DNA of 64,000 nucleotides, from the NCBI GenBank assembly GCA_002633005.1, contig NMRA01000960.1:1-64000 (forward strand), read 5' to 3'. Every line of letters starts with the position of its first letter. The stretch's first letter is position 1. The position numbers and the translations under genes were made by a program. Positions 25,811-39,881 of this stretch are shown in pieces. The notes under the pieces are model-generated. The model was given only the letters and a program-made list of their open reading frames with translations. It made no database searches and was not told where the DNA came from. The DNA is from Phoronis australis. Its lineage: Eukaryota; Animalia; Phoronida.

Positions 25811-26021
25811 ACATTCTGCTGAAGATCTGATACGCTTTTATCCTAATCTGCAGTTAAACAGTGTACTTGATAGGAGCATGATTTTCTCATCAGATGAATT
25901 CCAATGAAGAGCAGATTAATGAAATGGCTTGCTGTCTATTTTCATTCTGAAACGTAACGAGTATTGCGTGTTATTGTCAAAACATACCGGCACGTTTCAT
26001 TAGATTTGATACCGGCTTACA

Positions 26022-26198
26022 ACTAAATGCTTTACTTGCTTTTACTGCGAAAATGAATGTTACAACATAAATAAATTAAAGCAATGAGTTGAAGAGTCCG
26101 GACAATTCTCATCCATATAGACTAATGCCTTGCTTGCTTTTACTGAAAGTTGATGTTACGACAGAAATAAACTAAAGCAACGAGTTGAACAATCTGGA
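26022..26198. repeat. Diverged tandem duplication, about 100-bp period
   Basis: acta(a)atgc.tt.cttgcttt(t)actg...atgttac.aca.aaataaa.taaagcaa.gagttgaa occurs twice. Confidence 0.8.
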
Positions 26199-28182
26199 TG
26201 TTGGCTCTTGAAACCAGGAACCAACACACACGAGCCGCGTCACCGAAAAAGGGTTACTAAAGACACTCCTAAATGATTTAAATTCCACGCGTATCTCAGA
26301 CAGGATAGTTTAGAAATGTCAATCAAGCCATTGATTCTAGCCAATCCGGTCGCTGGAAAATGTGAAACTACCCGTCGTCCGCCATATTGCCCACAAATAT
26401 TCATTGCTAGAAAAAATGATCGAGGTGTAGTTTTAAAAGTGATTGCGAGATGTCAATTACGTGGCAGACCTCACGATAGCTTGAATGTACGCTTGCACAT
26501 CAGAATAAACAAGTCCAAAGTGAAATAAATTCACCTTCCTCATGTGTCGCAAATATATTCTTTTCTTGGCTAGTATCTGTTGTGAATTGGGCTAACAATC
26601 ATATATGCGAAACATAATGTATACGGGTGACAGCACATGAGAATTCTCATTCCCATAAACCCAAACCCCAGTTAGCAGCACTGAACAAAAATTAACGTTC
26701 TCCAAATGTCGTATGAAGACAGTTTTCCCCATCGACTATTGTGCCATGGAATAGCTTATTAGATTACAGTGCCTTGCTGTTTGGATCAATCTGATATCTG
26801 AATGAGCCTCACTTGACGTGAATATACTAGTAAGATATAAACGAAATCAAAATTTTGAAAGATATTCCACTGTTTCTGACAGATAATCCCCCCCCCCTCC
26901 TCCAGGGCTCTTTGTCATTGCCAGAATCAGTTTCAGTCATCAGAAACATAATAATAACAATAATAATATTTCATTGTAGTGCGTATGCTGAGGACTTCCG
27001 CACCATCGTTGTTCATTTGTTGGAGTAAATGAAAAAAATAACAAAACGTCCCCGGTCTCTCATTTGTGGGCACATGTACGTAAATTAAACCAGCAAAAAT
27101 GAACCACTACTAGAAAATGGTTCATTTTAGACAACGTTATCTCGTCAAGATTTTATACTGCTAATGGTATAGTATGGAAAAACAAAAGGAGAACCAAATT
27201 CTAATTACAACCACCATGACCTCTATAAGGACACAAAAAGTACATTAAAACATTGCATACAGAAGATCCATTGTATGCATGATGGTTTGTACGTACTTAT
27301 GGGGTCCTATTCAACTTCTCAAGCGTAGCCAAATTTACCACAACTTAAGTTAGTAATTACCAGAAATTGCGATCTTGTTAAGAAACTGTCGATAACCTCA
27401 AAGTAAAATGTCGTGGATGCGTTGGTAACTGAATTAGCTCCGCGTGTTGATTAAATTTAACATCTATTAGTAAGCAATTCAAGAAGTGCGAATGCGTCTT
27501 CGTTTTTGAATGTTCACACAAAATACGAATATTGACTTTTTATCTTGTTTCGTACCTGTTGCCATCTTGCCGCTTTGTCTGGTTATGAAGAAGGTTGTAA
27601 CAGCTTGTCTTTAAAGATACCGTTTCCTTTTCATTCACCAATTTTGAACAGAGGGTGAGCTTTATCAGTCGAAAGATATCATTAAGATATAATTTTTTTT
27701 GTTACTGTTACTTTGAGGCTTGTCTGTGGTTGCTTTGTTTTGATATTATTTTTTATCTCTTTTGTAGTGAAGTTAGCGAGCTTTATTCGGAAACCTCCTG
27801 ACATCAATGTCCGCGGTTGAGTTTTAACCAGTGCATGAGTCAGCTGTCATTCACTGCGGGGTTAGGTGGTGGTAGCTACCAAAATATAAAATTAAATGAT
27901 AAAAATATGTTACGTTCAGTTAAGTTTGAAAGTATTTGGAGTTAAGTGTAGACTGACTGAACTTGTCTTAAAATCTGTTTTATGATTTTTTAATTAAACT
28001 GAAGCGGAAAGAGTATTCAAAATGCTTCTTACAATAGTTTACATGTATGTGTATCAAGAATGGTTCAATCTAGACACTGGTCCTATTCTCCCGGTTTCCG
28101 CTATCATATTGAGACTTACAGACCGAGTAAAAACTGCATCCTGTATAGGACCCCAATATTCCGATGTTCATGAAGACATGAT

Positions 28183-28334
28183 CAGTGGCGGATTTAGGGG
28201 AGGGGGCAAGGGGGCTATGGCCCCCATAAATTTCTCCTAGATTCCATTCGGAGATGCAAATGTCTGATGGACAGAATCCTGGCTAATACTCTGCCTTGCC
28301 CTCCCCTTAACTCAAAATCCTGGATACGCCCCTG
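28183..28334. mobile_element. hAT-like MITE
   Basis: Termini CAGTGGCGGATTTAGG and CCTGGATACGCCCCTG with G/C-run subterminal motifs; an 8-bp TSD is not preserved. Confidence 0.7.
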
Positions 28335-29757
28335 ATGATGACCTGCCAGTTGGCTGAAAATAAAATTTGGTCCTTTGCCAAAAGGATTACCATGGTAATT
28401 ATGATTTTACCACTGCAACATTAGATGGTATTGTTTACAATGAAAGTTGCTGCATCTGAAAATACCTTTAAGATGAAAGTCTAACTCAGTATACGGTATA
28501 GTTACTGTATAGTTCCGTGTAAAAGTCACCTCAGTACTGTGTAGCGTTGTGTGAAATCTAAAAAAGTCATCTCAGTATAATATACTCCTAAATGTGTTTT
28601 CAAAAGCTGAAATCAATTTTTAGAATTTGAAATAACGTGCGGGTTACCCCTAATCACCATACATATGTGCGAGGATCGCGAGTCACCGAAATAGAGTTTT
28701 CTTGGTGCCACAAAATTGCGATGCAGTCTATATATGCCAAAACTATTACGTGTAAGTTGTAGAATGCAAATATATCTCACAAGAGCAACACTGTCATTAG
28801 GTAGATGAGTTCATCAAGGTTCGGGTTGTAAACTGCAAGGGAGAAAGTTGGAAAAAACAGTTCAGAGTTGTCGGTGTTTAGGAAACTCCACGCAAGGGTA
28901 ACATTTCAAACCTTAGCTACCCCGACACCAACTGAGAGAAGTTGCCAATACCGAGAATAAAACGCACCGAGATGGCTTTTTATGGAATATTTAATAACAC
29001 GCTATGCTTGACATGAATATGGTACAATAATCAAATAATACGAGAGCGAAGTGACATGTTGACGACCTATTGTCAAATTTCTTTTGACACTGTTAATGAC
29101 ACTTAACAGAATCACGTAGCTTGTCACTTACGCCCGACAGATTTCTAAGAATGTACGTTTGACACCACAGTTCAAGTCAGTTCAGTTCAGAAGATAATGT
29201 TTACTTCCCGGATAAACTTTCCTGTTTTATTCCGCAAAACATTGGCTTTGTATGTATTTTGTGTCCTTACAAGATGTTTCTTTTGACAGCTTTGATTTTT
29301 CTAGTAGAAGTAATTGATAGGCACAGAGGTATTAGATCCCATAACACAAGAGACAAACAACTGTTTTAGTAACGTGTTTGATTTGATGAGAACTGCGTAC
29401 ACGTCGGCACAAAAGGAATGTCTTTTCATGCCACAAACCGGACTCGCTCTTCACCATTTACAGAAGAATCCACAAGAAACGTCTGTTTAACCCTTAGTGG
29501 ACGACCTTTCGTCACTCTTTTCACGCGCACAAATACATCTGTGATTGCTTACATTACTGGCGGTAAAACTCACAAAATGGAAGTATTTTTTAACAAATCA
29601 ACAACTTTAAATGTCTCGGGGGGAAATTTGACTATTCGTCAACGATAGTACCCGTCGCAACTGTCGGTGGTCCCTACTTTATCAAGGTTTTAGTCCAGTC
29701 ATTTTGGATTACTTACCCGGGTAACACGTGGCACGTCCGGTAGACTCTCACGGTTTA

Positions 29758-30262
29758 GGGCTTAGTCACACCAAACTCATTCTCAGATTGAACGAGTCCG
29801 TCCTAAAACATTGAGCTTGATGAAACGGGATGGGGACGGACTATTTTGGCAAAAACATGCACTGAATACGACATCAAACCATGCGCAAAACTAGCCTAAA
29901 AAATGTGGAGCTCGAATTTTTGAGAATGTGGACCTTTTACTAAAAAAAGATGAGATACGTTCAGAGCTATGAATTGTGCATTAGCCGAATGTTAATAGTT
30001 CTTGCCTATTTAGCGGACTTTTGTACCATTTTCTACTTTTTTCGGTGTCTTTATTTCTCTGAGGAGGACCTTTTCGCCCACTTCGTCATGTTGGGGGACT
30101 CGTTCGAGCCCCCACGAGCCAACTCCTCCCGTGGGTGCGCGCATGCGAACACAGATTGCAAGTAAAATGTCTCCGGCGTTTATTCAGTTCTCACACAGTT
30201 TTAAACCGTCGTATTAAATCTCTTCAGAATTTAGTGAGAACTACCTTAGTGTGACAGGGGCT
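29758..30262. mobile_element. Degenerate Harbinger-like MITE
   Basis: gggcttagtcacaccaaactcattctca is mirrored by tgagaactaccttagtgtgacaggggc; flanks are TWA-like. Confidence 0.45.
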
Positions 30263-31669
30263 TAAGTTGAAACGCGAGGTCGCTACCTGAAACGAAAGAA
30301 GAAGCACCTGAGACGACGTCAAGCAGACAAGTTAATGAGACAATATCGGTTTTACATCCTAAAACTCCTTTTTTGGATTGTTGTTGCGCGGGGTTATTAA
30401 CTTTGATCAGAGTTATATTTTGTGGTGTTATATCGAGGGTACTTTAGGAGAAAATGACCTTTTAAAAATTCCTATCAACTGTGTAATAAGCGTGTTAATA
30501 CTAGGTCACAATTGAATACATAAATGCAAATCTACTTGTTCGTATAAAACCCACGTACAGTTAACTACGTAAAACTGGAATGAAATACTTATTTGTGTTC
30601 CTATACTTTCGCAATTGGAATATATTGCACATGGTTTTGCAGATGTCACTATGACTTAACCGTAATGACAGTCTCGCGTGGTCCACATACAAGTTTTATT
30701 GTTTTTCTTCACCGCTTTTAGTTTCCAAGAATTATTACATTTGCATTTGATTTGATTTCAACCACTTTGCATGGGTAAAGCTTTTGCCTGTTCCATAGCT
30801 TTGTCGTTCACACTAGTTTTTTTTCCATTTTCTTGTCTCATATCATCATAGAATAAGGCTTCTTTCCGTTTTTTAGGATAAAGCAGAGAGACAAGTGGTA
30901 ACATGGTGCGGCCGTTCTTGAAATGTCGCATTTATCTCGTACTACTACACTTCTGAGGTGAGTAGGTAAATTAGTGAAATAATCTACCTTTTCCATAAGC
31001 GCGTTCATTTTTGCTGCAAACACATTGCGTTTTACAAATAAAAATTATTTTTTGTCAGATTGCAAAAATGTCGTCTCGGTGTCTTTCTTTGACCCAAAAT
31101 CACTTCGAGAAAGTAGGGCTTGTTCAGAAACATCAAATGGGTGTATTTTAATTAACTCAAAGTATCGATGCAAAGTTCGTAGTTGTACTGTAAAAGACAC
31201 CAGTAGACAATTTGGGATAAACAATAAAATATTTTGTTCCTAATAACAGAAAATTCTATCGTCGCCTCACAGATAAGTGAAATATGCCTATTCGTGAATC
31301 ATTTTCTTCGAGAAACTGTTAACTGATAATCTTTTTAGACCACCTGTGAGGTGAAACGCACGTCGTCCAATCATAAAACTATGTATTGGATAGACCAGGT
31401 TATACTAGATGACCATTAACATTGCAGGTGAGACGAAACGATGTAGGAGACCAAAATTTATCATATAAAGGACAGGATGGGGTGGCTTTCACGTTGCAAT
31501 GTTGCAATTAATCACGTGGGTCCGTAAACTACTGGCGTCTGGAAAACTGGGAGGTAATTTCACTTTTGTTTGGAACTTATCACATACACTGTACAAAGAA
31601 TCTTTTCACAAAATCAAACATGTTCGCCAATGCCACCTGCCGGGAGGAAGTACTTCCTGGTACAGCCAG

Positions 31670-31880
31670 CCTCCCGTTCAGTAACGCTAGGACCTCGCTA
31701 AAAAGCAAAACTTCGCGAGATTACTTGAGACATTGCCGTGCATTTCAAATAAGAACACGTGACTTTGACTAGGTTTTAGCTAGGTCCTAGCGTAGGCCCT
31801 AGCGTAGGTCCTAGCGTAGGCCCTAGCGTAGGTCCTAGCGTAGGTCCTAGCGTAGGTCCTAGCGTCTACTGAACGCACGC
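31670..31880 (+). mobile_element. Harbinger-like MITE with an internal 12-bp tandem array (TAGGYCCTAGCG x7, 31781-31864)
   Basis: Inverted termini cgttcagtaacgctagg and cctagcgtctactgaacg; CAG on both sides (3-bp TSD). A diverged partial copy lies at about 36205-36310. Confidence 0.85.
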
Positions 31881-34800
31881 CAGGTGGTGATAAGCGTCAC
31901 CGGTGACACGTGATCACCTACATCGCAACATGAAAGTCTCCAACTGAGCTTCGTAAGGTCTACACAGGAGATAAAAGGAAATGGCTCGATCCCCAGCACG
32001 CTCGCGGAAGATAGATTATTTTCTAGCCTCGGTCACGCAAATATGGTCTCTCTTACGGTTCGGACATGTCCTTCAGGCTATGAAAACATCAACATCGAAC
32101 AAGCAACAAATAGTCATATACGGCAGATAATCCGGAAAATTCCTCCTAACTTGAGTCTGACGTTTTACAACACACTTACACCCTTTTATGTCATGTCTTG
32201 AAACTATATTATTCCAAACAGTGACAAAAGATCGGCTATCACAAGAAATTCGCTACTCAACACCAGGCTTCAAGTTATCTCCCTTTTTAATGCCAGTTTT
32301 CGAGGAGAAACACTAAACTAAAAACCGCACGAATGGGAATCAAGGAAAGCCATCGAGCAAGCAAAAACGTCTCCTTATCAACATCATACAAGTGCCATGA
32401 TATATGCATCGAAGTGGGTTGTCGTCCGGACCACATTGTGTCGAGTGCGACAAAATGTCTCAGAGCAGGTAAGCGTGCCGCACGAACGCCTTTCAAAATA
32501 GAAAATCGTGAAATCTTCTAAATTTTGAGTCGAAGCCTGTGTGAGCAATCGGTCATTTGTAAAGAAATATGAAAAACACACCAGATTTTGCTGTTTAAAA
32601 TATCTTGCCAAAGCAAATACTTCAATAAGTCAGTCATACAAAAATAACCCCCAAATTCGTCTTTATTTCGGCCGCAAAACCGATTGTGTCCTTTTATGTC
32701 ATATTTCGAGAGCCTGGCGCCGCGTTTGGTGGTCTGCAAACACAGTAAACTGAGTACATTAGGTTTATCGGGTCGGCGAGCTGTGTTTACAAGCGGAAGA
32801 ACTACGAATGTTGCAGGTGTTCGGGTAGCCTTGTATTGCATTGGTTTACATACTAGTATGGGGTGGCTCTCCCCCAAATCCGTGATGTGGAAGAGAACCT
32901 CCAGGATTCCATTAGACCTGCATTGCTGTAGTCAGACATAAGCACGAATCAGTTGTGGGATCGCGATTTTTTCCAGATTTGACAACTCAATTCGTAGCCA
33001 ATGAAGATGCACAATTGCCACGATTTCCTAATTACGTTTTGAGTGAATAGGTGCACCCAGTAGACCACGCGTTTCCAGCTTATATGAAGTAAACGAGTAA
33101 TGACGTGTACTCGTGTTCGTTAGATTGGCTTTCCATTCGTTGTAAGTCTCATCTCGATGAAATGATGTGAAAAACACAGATCTGTAAGATGTTAATGAGA
33201 TGTTAATAGGTGTTGAATCGACGTTTTGCCTGGGATGAAATATTTTCCGTGATTAGATTAAGATGTGTCAGCTAATGTCATCCGATTTGTCTTTGAGCCA
33301 TCTACTTTTCTCCTCGACTAGCCATCAAGTTCCTCACAAGTTACATAGCCTCCTACGCAGTAATTTTGCAGCAAAAAACAATTTGATTGTTTTTATGACT
33401 GGAAAGTACATGGTTCAAGATCCGCTACATTTTAGTTTAAAACTTCATGAAACGGATTTTAAAGCAATTTAGTTCAGCCGAAACTCAAGGCAAAATAATT
33501 CTTATTCAACAAAAACCCCAGATATTTTCTAATTCAACTGAATTTGATATGAATATTTTAGTTTAATTTGTGATTTTGGTGGTGCGCCTAAAATGACCAC
33601 CGTAGTCAGTGAGAGTTGACTGATGCATTATGGGTACTCACGCAATTGCCGTCATATGCAATGAGGTTTGCATGGAAACCCCGCCCACTTTTTAAGAATT
33701 AATAGTGAGACATAGCAAACACAGGACTGAACGTAACGAAATATTTACACTTCTGTGATAAATTTCGATTGACGAAACTCACCCTGTGTTCTAAATTGCT
33801 GAACCTGGTCTGATTTGCGGTTGTTTTGAAAATTGATGTGGCATCTACCGTTTCAGCTGTTCGTTTTTTTGAAAAAAAAAGCACTTCAGTAACATCAGCG
33901 TAGTGACGCAGCTCTGTACTTTTACTCGCCTACAAAGAGCCTGAACCAGCACAAAAACGTTGTGTGGTTATTGCTTAGGAAGAAAGAGCACTCGGTGCGG
34001 CTGAAAACGACGTGAATGTCAATGTTGTAGTAACGATAGCGACTATTTTCAAATATTATTTATTACGGTGGAACACACATCTTACATTTGTGTAAAGAAC
34101 TAATGAATTAAACGATGTTCATCAAATCCGATGAAATTTATTGGTTACTTAAGAACAACGACCAAGACTATTCGACAGCCCAACAATAAATACGTTTTCT
34201 ATGCTAGTTTGCTTACTAACTTGGAAACTGAACCATCGTAAAATAGACTTAATATAAAGTAGTGCTTGGAGAAACGTGTTAGAAAACAAACAACAGCAAT
34301 AAATTTTGAAAAGATCATTTAAAACTTTAATGCAACCCATACTCTACTGAGTTTGAATTTCACTCTTTACGTAAATATGACTTTCCATTTTAAGGAGTAT
34401 TGTCCCAGGAAGAAGCAATGTGCTCCTTAGAGCGAGTTTTGTGCGAGTTTTGTGAAATTACGCAAAATCACGTAAGTAAAAGGCGATTGTTTTGCGACTA
34501 ACCTTGCAACCCAACTAGCAGACACTAGCAAAACGGCCGCTACTGAAGTGACTGGACGACTACACAGGAGCGTTGAATTTTAGGAGAAAATGTGCTGTTT
34601 TCGTACTATAAATTAACTCAACATTTCTCCACGATGGTCGTGACAGAACGCAACCCTGCTTTTAAGTGCAAGACAAGAGTTTGTACCTTGAGCTTCATGT
34701 ATGCATTAAGGGACGCCCACAGCGTATCGTCAGGCCAACGTTGCAATCACTTGTTGTTCGCGTCCCTGATACATATTCCTGTTTTAAAGGAGCAATTGCC

Positions 34801-37800
34801 GCTATTTTTAGCTACCAATGTTTGATTATCAACCTTTTCGATTAAGAATTCAACACTGGGGGTTTAGAAACGGTACCACTCTCATCTGATCTTGAGATGT
34901 GGCCGAATGAGTCGGCAACTAAAGTGACGGGCACTGCTTTCATGTGTCGTTGTCCAATTAGCAATTTTTAACTTGCAAATTAAACCCTTAGAAGGGTGTT
35001 TTCTTGAGTTGCTGATGGTTTCAGGTTCAGAAACAGAATCTCATCACAGAAATATCAATTTCATGAGAGTGAATAGCCAAATTCGATTTTCGTTTTTCGG
35101 CTAGTTAAACACGGCGAAATGCAGCTTTAAATGATGTCATTAAATGACGCTTCACGTTATCTCCCCAGCCATTTCTGGACAGAGTGATCCAATAAAATAA
35201 CACTTGTCTTACCATTTTGCGTCTAAAATAATTCAAATGCAATTCAAAATTAACGTTAATCTAATGATACGCTTTCAACGTGACAAAAGTTTTTCAAAAC
35301 CCTTTTAAGCTTAATTTTTTAATTTGTGAAGGTACACCAACAACATGGTTGTCAAATTGGAAAAATGCTAAATTTCGTTGTTCACGAACTTAGGAAAGAA
35401 CTAATATACGAACGGAAGTTCACAAAACGTTCGCATTTTGATGGTGCATGTATTAAGCAGAAGGCGAGACTCATTCTATGTTTTTAACTTTTGAAAACGA
35501 AGAAAAATTAGTTTAAAATCAAATCGAGTTAAATTTCCGTCTATTACCCATAGAATCTTGTCTCGTGTCAACACACTTCTCAAACAATAAAGTGGGTGCC
35601 AATACTGTGTATTGTTATTCAAAGCCACCATCTTATTTGAGAAAGAAATCTCTATTGCATTTTTATAGGTGGCCGGCGCTAATGTTACAAGGATATGCTA
35701 ACGTAGAAATGCATGTGTTCAAGGATGCGTTCCTCAAACGCAAGGCACTTCCGAAGCTCTTGGGGTGAGAATTTATCACTTTTTGTAAAAGAAACAATGA
35801 ATTATATCCCATAATTCAATATTCTATCCTCGCCTGCTGATTACTTCGGGGCGCTCCAATGTTCGCGAGTAAGGTATTCTCAAACGTACTCGCGAAGAAC
35901 TCGCCTTTCGATGACATGTCTTTATGTTGTCTTGGGTGACTAAAACTCGTGAGGGCGGAGATGCGTTCCATAAGACACAAAACGCTCTCAAAAAAGCAAG
36001 ATTAAGCTAGACTTCGCGAGACACCGCAATACATTACAAGTGGAGCATGTGATCACACTAGCATTTCTCGCGAGTGTCTCACTTGGGCGTAGGGAACGAA
36101 GTCATGCCATGCGGAACGCAGATCAGGTATCCACGTGGTATCCTTATCACACGAATGCCTCCATGCTGATTCAACTGCTTCGCTTTCAGTCTATATTATT
36201 CAGGGCAGAGTTCAATAACCCTAGTACTGTGCTAAAAAGCAAGATTTCGCGAGATTACGCGAGATATCGGCGTATATTTTCAAAGAAAGCACGCGATTTT
36301 GGCAAGATTTTTTCTCTCCCCGAGGTAGCTATTGAATTCTACCCTGATGTTAAAGAAGGACATTTCTTCATTGACCTCACCACGTGAGGAAGTCGTCCAT
36401 TAATCTGTCGTCCGTCATCACAAATGTGTAGCATTTGAAATGATACTAAACCCATGTCTAGCATTGCTCGAGTCACCTGCTGTTGTACACGTAGCACCTC
36501 CCTTGAGAGATAGAGCCAGAATTCATCTAAAACACATCAAGTGGGTCTTGGTGGAGGTAGGTGGTATTTCTTGGCCCCACAGCCGTCAATTGGAAGCGTT
36601 AGTCACGCATCCTGATTTTACAAACTTTGTAAGGAGCTTACAAACTTGTTCTAGGCTTTTAAAAGATTGAAGAGGGGCTCTATCCATAGAAAATATCTGG
36701 TAATATGACGAAACAGGGTGTATATCCTTTGAAAGACACATCCCGCAACGGGTAGGTCGCAATTTTCATATCACTACCACAAATCTGAGAAAAGTCACTT
36801 TATTAAATTTTACCGAATTAAGAGACCTTGGCAGAAGAAATGAAAAAGACCGGACAATGGTCAGATAATGGTGTAATCGTGGTGACAGTGTTACACAGGT
36901 ACACTGAACATCTAGCCCAGGTCCGTGCTCAGGCGTTATACAAACAGCAAACTTGAAATGATTTGGTGTTACAACCGAGTAACAGCATGTGTATCTCTGC
37001 TGTAATACTAAACCCTGCAGGCGAAAATTAGCAAATTTTCTTTCTTCATAGGTCTGAATAGCAAACGCATATATACTGAGAACTGAAATATAATGCTTTG
37101 TACTTCTATTAAACTGACACATGTCAGTAATATAATCATAAAGTATTAGGGTTATCGATATTTTACCTATAATTTTTGCCTTAACACCATCCCTAGGGGT
37201 TGTAACAGATTAGGCAGGGACCACCGTTTACAGCTGGGCCCAGCAGAGACGGAAGCTTTACGGCAAATTATGTCTCACAATGATTAAAATATCAAAGTCA
37301 CGTTGTTGTAAGTACCTTTTGCGAATAGAGGGAGGGACACCTTAGGAGGCCGTCGATGTCTTTAATTCTTTCTAACTCAAACAAATACTCCCGTAATCAA
37401 ACTTTTTCTTGGAGTAGTCCAAATCGGCAACTGGCTACTTTTACACTGCGCGCGCCCCTGTTTTTACTGCGCCCGCCAGGAGCTCCTGTAGAAGCTTCAC
37501 CGTCTTTACTGGGGCCAGCTAGAGACGGTGGTCACTGTCTAATAACAGATCAGAGTTCAAGATTGGTGTTAACTAACGTGGTGCTACGTTGGTAAGATTA
37601 CTAAATGGAAGTTGTGCGCAACCCATCATTTGCAGCTTGGAGGCAAGGAAAATTACCACAAGACATTTCTAACTCGTGTGAATCGTTAGCCGACGAAAGG
37701 ATAGCCTCCGTCGAGTGTTATAACACTGGGTGATAAACGATAGACTAGTGGAACACTTGTATTACATTGGTGTTACACCAATGTGTCCCTTTGTCACCTT

Positions 37801-38117
37801 GGTGTAACACCGGACGACAAAGGGCAGACCAGTGTAATAGCATGGGGGCTGGGTTTATTGAAAAGGTAGCACCGGGAGCTAACACAGATGTTACCCAACA
37901 TGGGTGTTGCATTCATACCAAACTTGAACTGACCCATTGTCTGACAGTGCCAAACTGCTTGAAAACATCACCACTTGATAGACAAGGAAATTTGTAAAAT
38001 ATCATTGACTTTGACTCAAATGCTTTCGAAGTTGGCAGTGAAAAAATCATGGTTATGGAAACTTCACTGTGAGCCGTGTTTTGAACATTTCCTCCCAGTA
38101 GAAGTGCATATTTCTTC

Positions 38118-39266
38118 CTACACCGGAGTGCTGTTATTTTTTATCACGTGCCCGTGGGAGTTTTGAGATGTTGATCGCATGAATGTCAGTGTTGTGCTGG
38201 ACCGTCGTACAGGGTTATACGTGACGTTATCAGTAACGGAATGGTTTGGCGAACAACACGTCTTCTTGCATGAGCAGCAGAACAAGTAGTTATCGAAATA
38301 CTCACGAAATCGCTTGCTAAGAAAGTAAAGCGACAGCGGGTTCACACACGAATATATAAAGCTCAGGCAAAATGCGACAATTTTAGCAATGTCCCACGGA
38401 ATATTAAAGTCGTCGCTACTGAAGTGATGATTAATCCTTGTAATGTGATTCGGCAACCAACAGATGATGAAGATGATCACAAAGAAGAAGACTATCTTCG
38501 CCACCTTTTTCCTGGCTCTCATCTGCCGCGTGAAGTTGGCTACACTGGCGTTGGAGCAATCGCTGGGTATGTGCTCAGAGCTGGCAATAAGGACTTTTGC
38601 CATACAGAAATAAAACACTGCTATGATTCCCAATGGAACAGCGAAGTAGATGGAAAACTGGAATGCGACGATAAATTTTGCGTACCAGAATAGTTCCTCT
38701 TGACTAGGATAGGAATTGCAAAAATAGTCCATTTCAGTGGAGTTTTCTGCCGTGGGCACTGCGACTTCATGGTACGTGACGGCGTCCGGAATGGCCAATA
38801 CGGCGGCCGCTATCCATATGGCCAGGATGACGACAATGGTTCGTCTAATAGGATTCTCTGCGTGTTTGGCCATTGGATTCACGATGGCGGAATACCTGTC
38901 GCCGCTCAACGCCGTAAGAGTGAATACAGAGACGCCTAGCGAGAAAGTACGCAAATATTCCACCAATTTACAAACAACGAGGCCAAAGGGCCAACTGAGT
39001 AGCGAAAAGTTTGTCGCTTTAAATGGTACAGAAATGAGGATGAGAATCAGGTCACCCGCTGCCAAACTGACAATGTAATAGTTAGGAGCGTTGCGCATGC
39101 ACTTGTTTCTTATCACGGTAAAAATAAGGGCAATGTTCCCAATTGTCCCGACGAGAAACACAAGACCAAATATAATTGGTACAACCACGGCTGAAACAGA
39201 TTGATACAACTCCGTAGTAGCATAGTTTTCTTCTTCAGTAGAATTTTCCAACGAGACTGTATCCAT
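38118..39266 (-). CDS. Class A neuropeptide GPCR, bombesin/GRP-CCHamide-excitatory peptide receptor family, 382 aa, single coding exon
   Basis: Seven hydrophobic segments; GN (TM1), MRNAPNYYIVSLAAGDL, WPFG, SLGVSVFTLTALSGDRY, ARKKVAKIV, FIICWLPNH, SCVNPLSLY; N-terminal NST sequon; CCSC in the tail. A splice acceptor (tcatttcag) just upstream of 39398 implies a 5' UTR intron. Confidence 0.95.
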   Translation of the reverse strand: MDTVSLENSTEEENYATTELYQSVSAVVVPIIFGLVFLVGTIGNIALIFTVIRNKCMRNAPNYYIVSLAAGDLILILISVPFKATNFSLLSWPFGLVVCKLVEYLRTFSLGVSVFTLTALSGDRYSAIVNPMAKHAENPIRRTIVVILAIWIAAAVLAIPDAVTYHEVAVPTAENSTEMDYFCNSYPSQEELFWYAKFIVAFQFSIYFAVPLGIIAVFYFCMAKVLIASSEHIPSDCSNASVANFTRQMRARKKVAKIVFFFVIIFIICWLPNHITRINHHFSSDDFNIPWDIAKIVAFCLSFIYSCVNPLSLYFLSKRFREYFDNYLFCCSCKKTCCSPNHSVTDNVTYNPVRRSSTTLTFMRSTSQNSHGHVIKNNSTPV

Positions 39267-39881
39267 TCTGTTTATTGTGTCTCCTCGTTCAGTAGAATAA
39301 ATCCGAATTCATCATATCACTTTTTATCGTAATTTGGACGTTTACTGAGTGATATGCTGTGAGTTGAGATATCGCAAAAAACGCTTCTAATGTACATCCT
39401 GAAATGAATCAAAAGAGAGTTCCATTAAAACTACTCGTGAAGTGAGGGTTTAAGAACAAAGATTACAGCCCAATTTGGCTATTCAACTTTCTCTTTAGAA
39501 ACGCCAGGAGGTCTTATACAATTTTTAACAGGTGAAACAGGGACATTTTATGAACCAGGCATGGTCTCAACTAAGAACAGTCGATTCATTCCAAGCTCAC
39601 AAATCCCTTCATATCTAAGCAAGTGATAAGTAATTGATCTATATCTAGAGTTAGTTTATTTACAGAAGAACAGAATGCAAATTGATACGACTTTAAAATA
39701 ATCTTTCCTAGCTTTTGGCTGTACGTCTAGGCTCGTTTCTGCAAGCAACAGTTTCTTGTATTATGACTCGGTTTTTGTATCGAAATAACATGCAGGGGAA
39801 ATGCACGAGTGAATGAACAGATAAAATACTAAAAGCTCTTCTACGTAGTTCACAGCATTTGTTGAGTGGCATGTCATTTAA

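Noticed and set aside
31781-31864. 12-bp palindromic repeat array as CRISPR or iterons
   Set aside because: No spacers; it is internal to a MITE with TIRs and a CAG TSD.
38424-39078. Plus-strand ORFs opposite the GPCR
   Set aside because: Antisense shadows of a real coding sequence.
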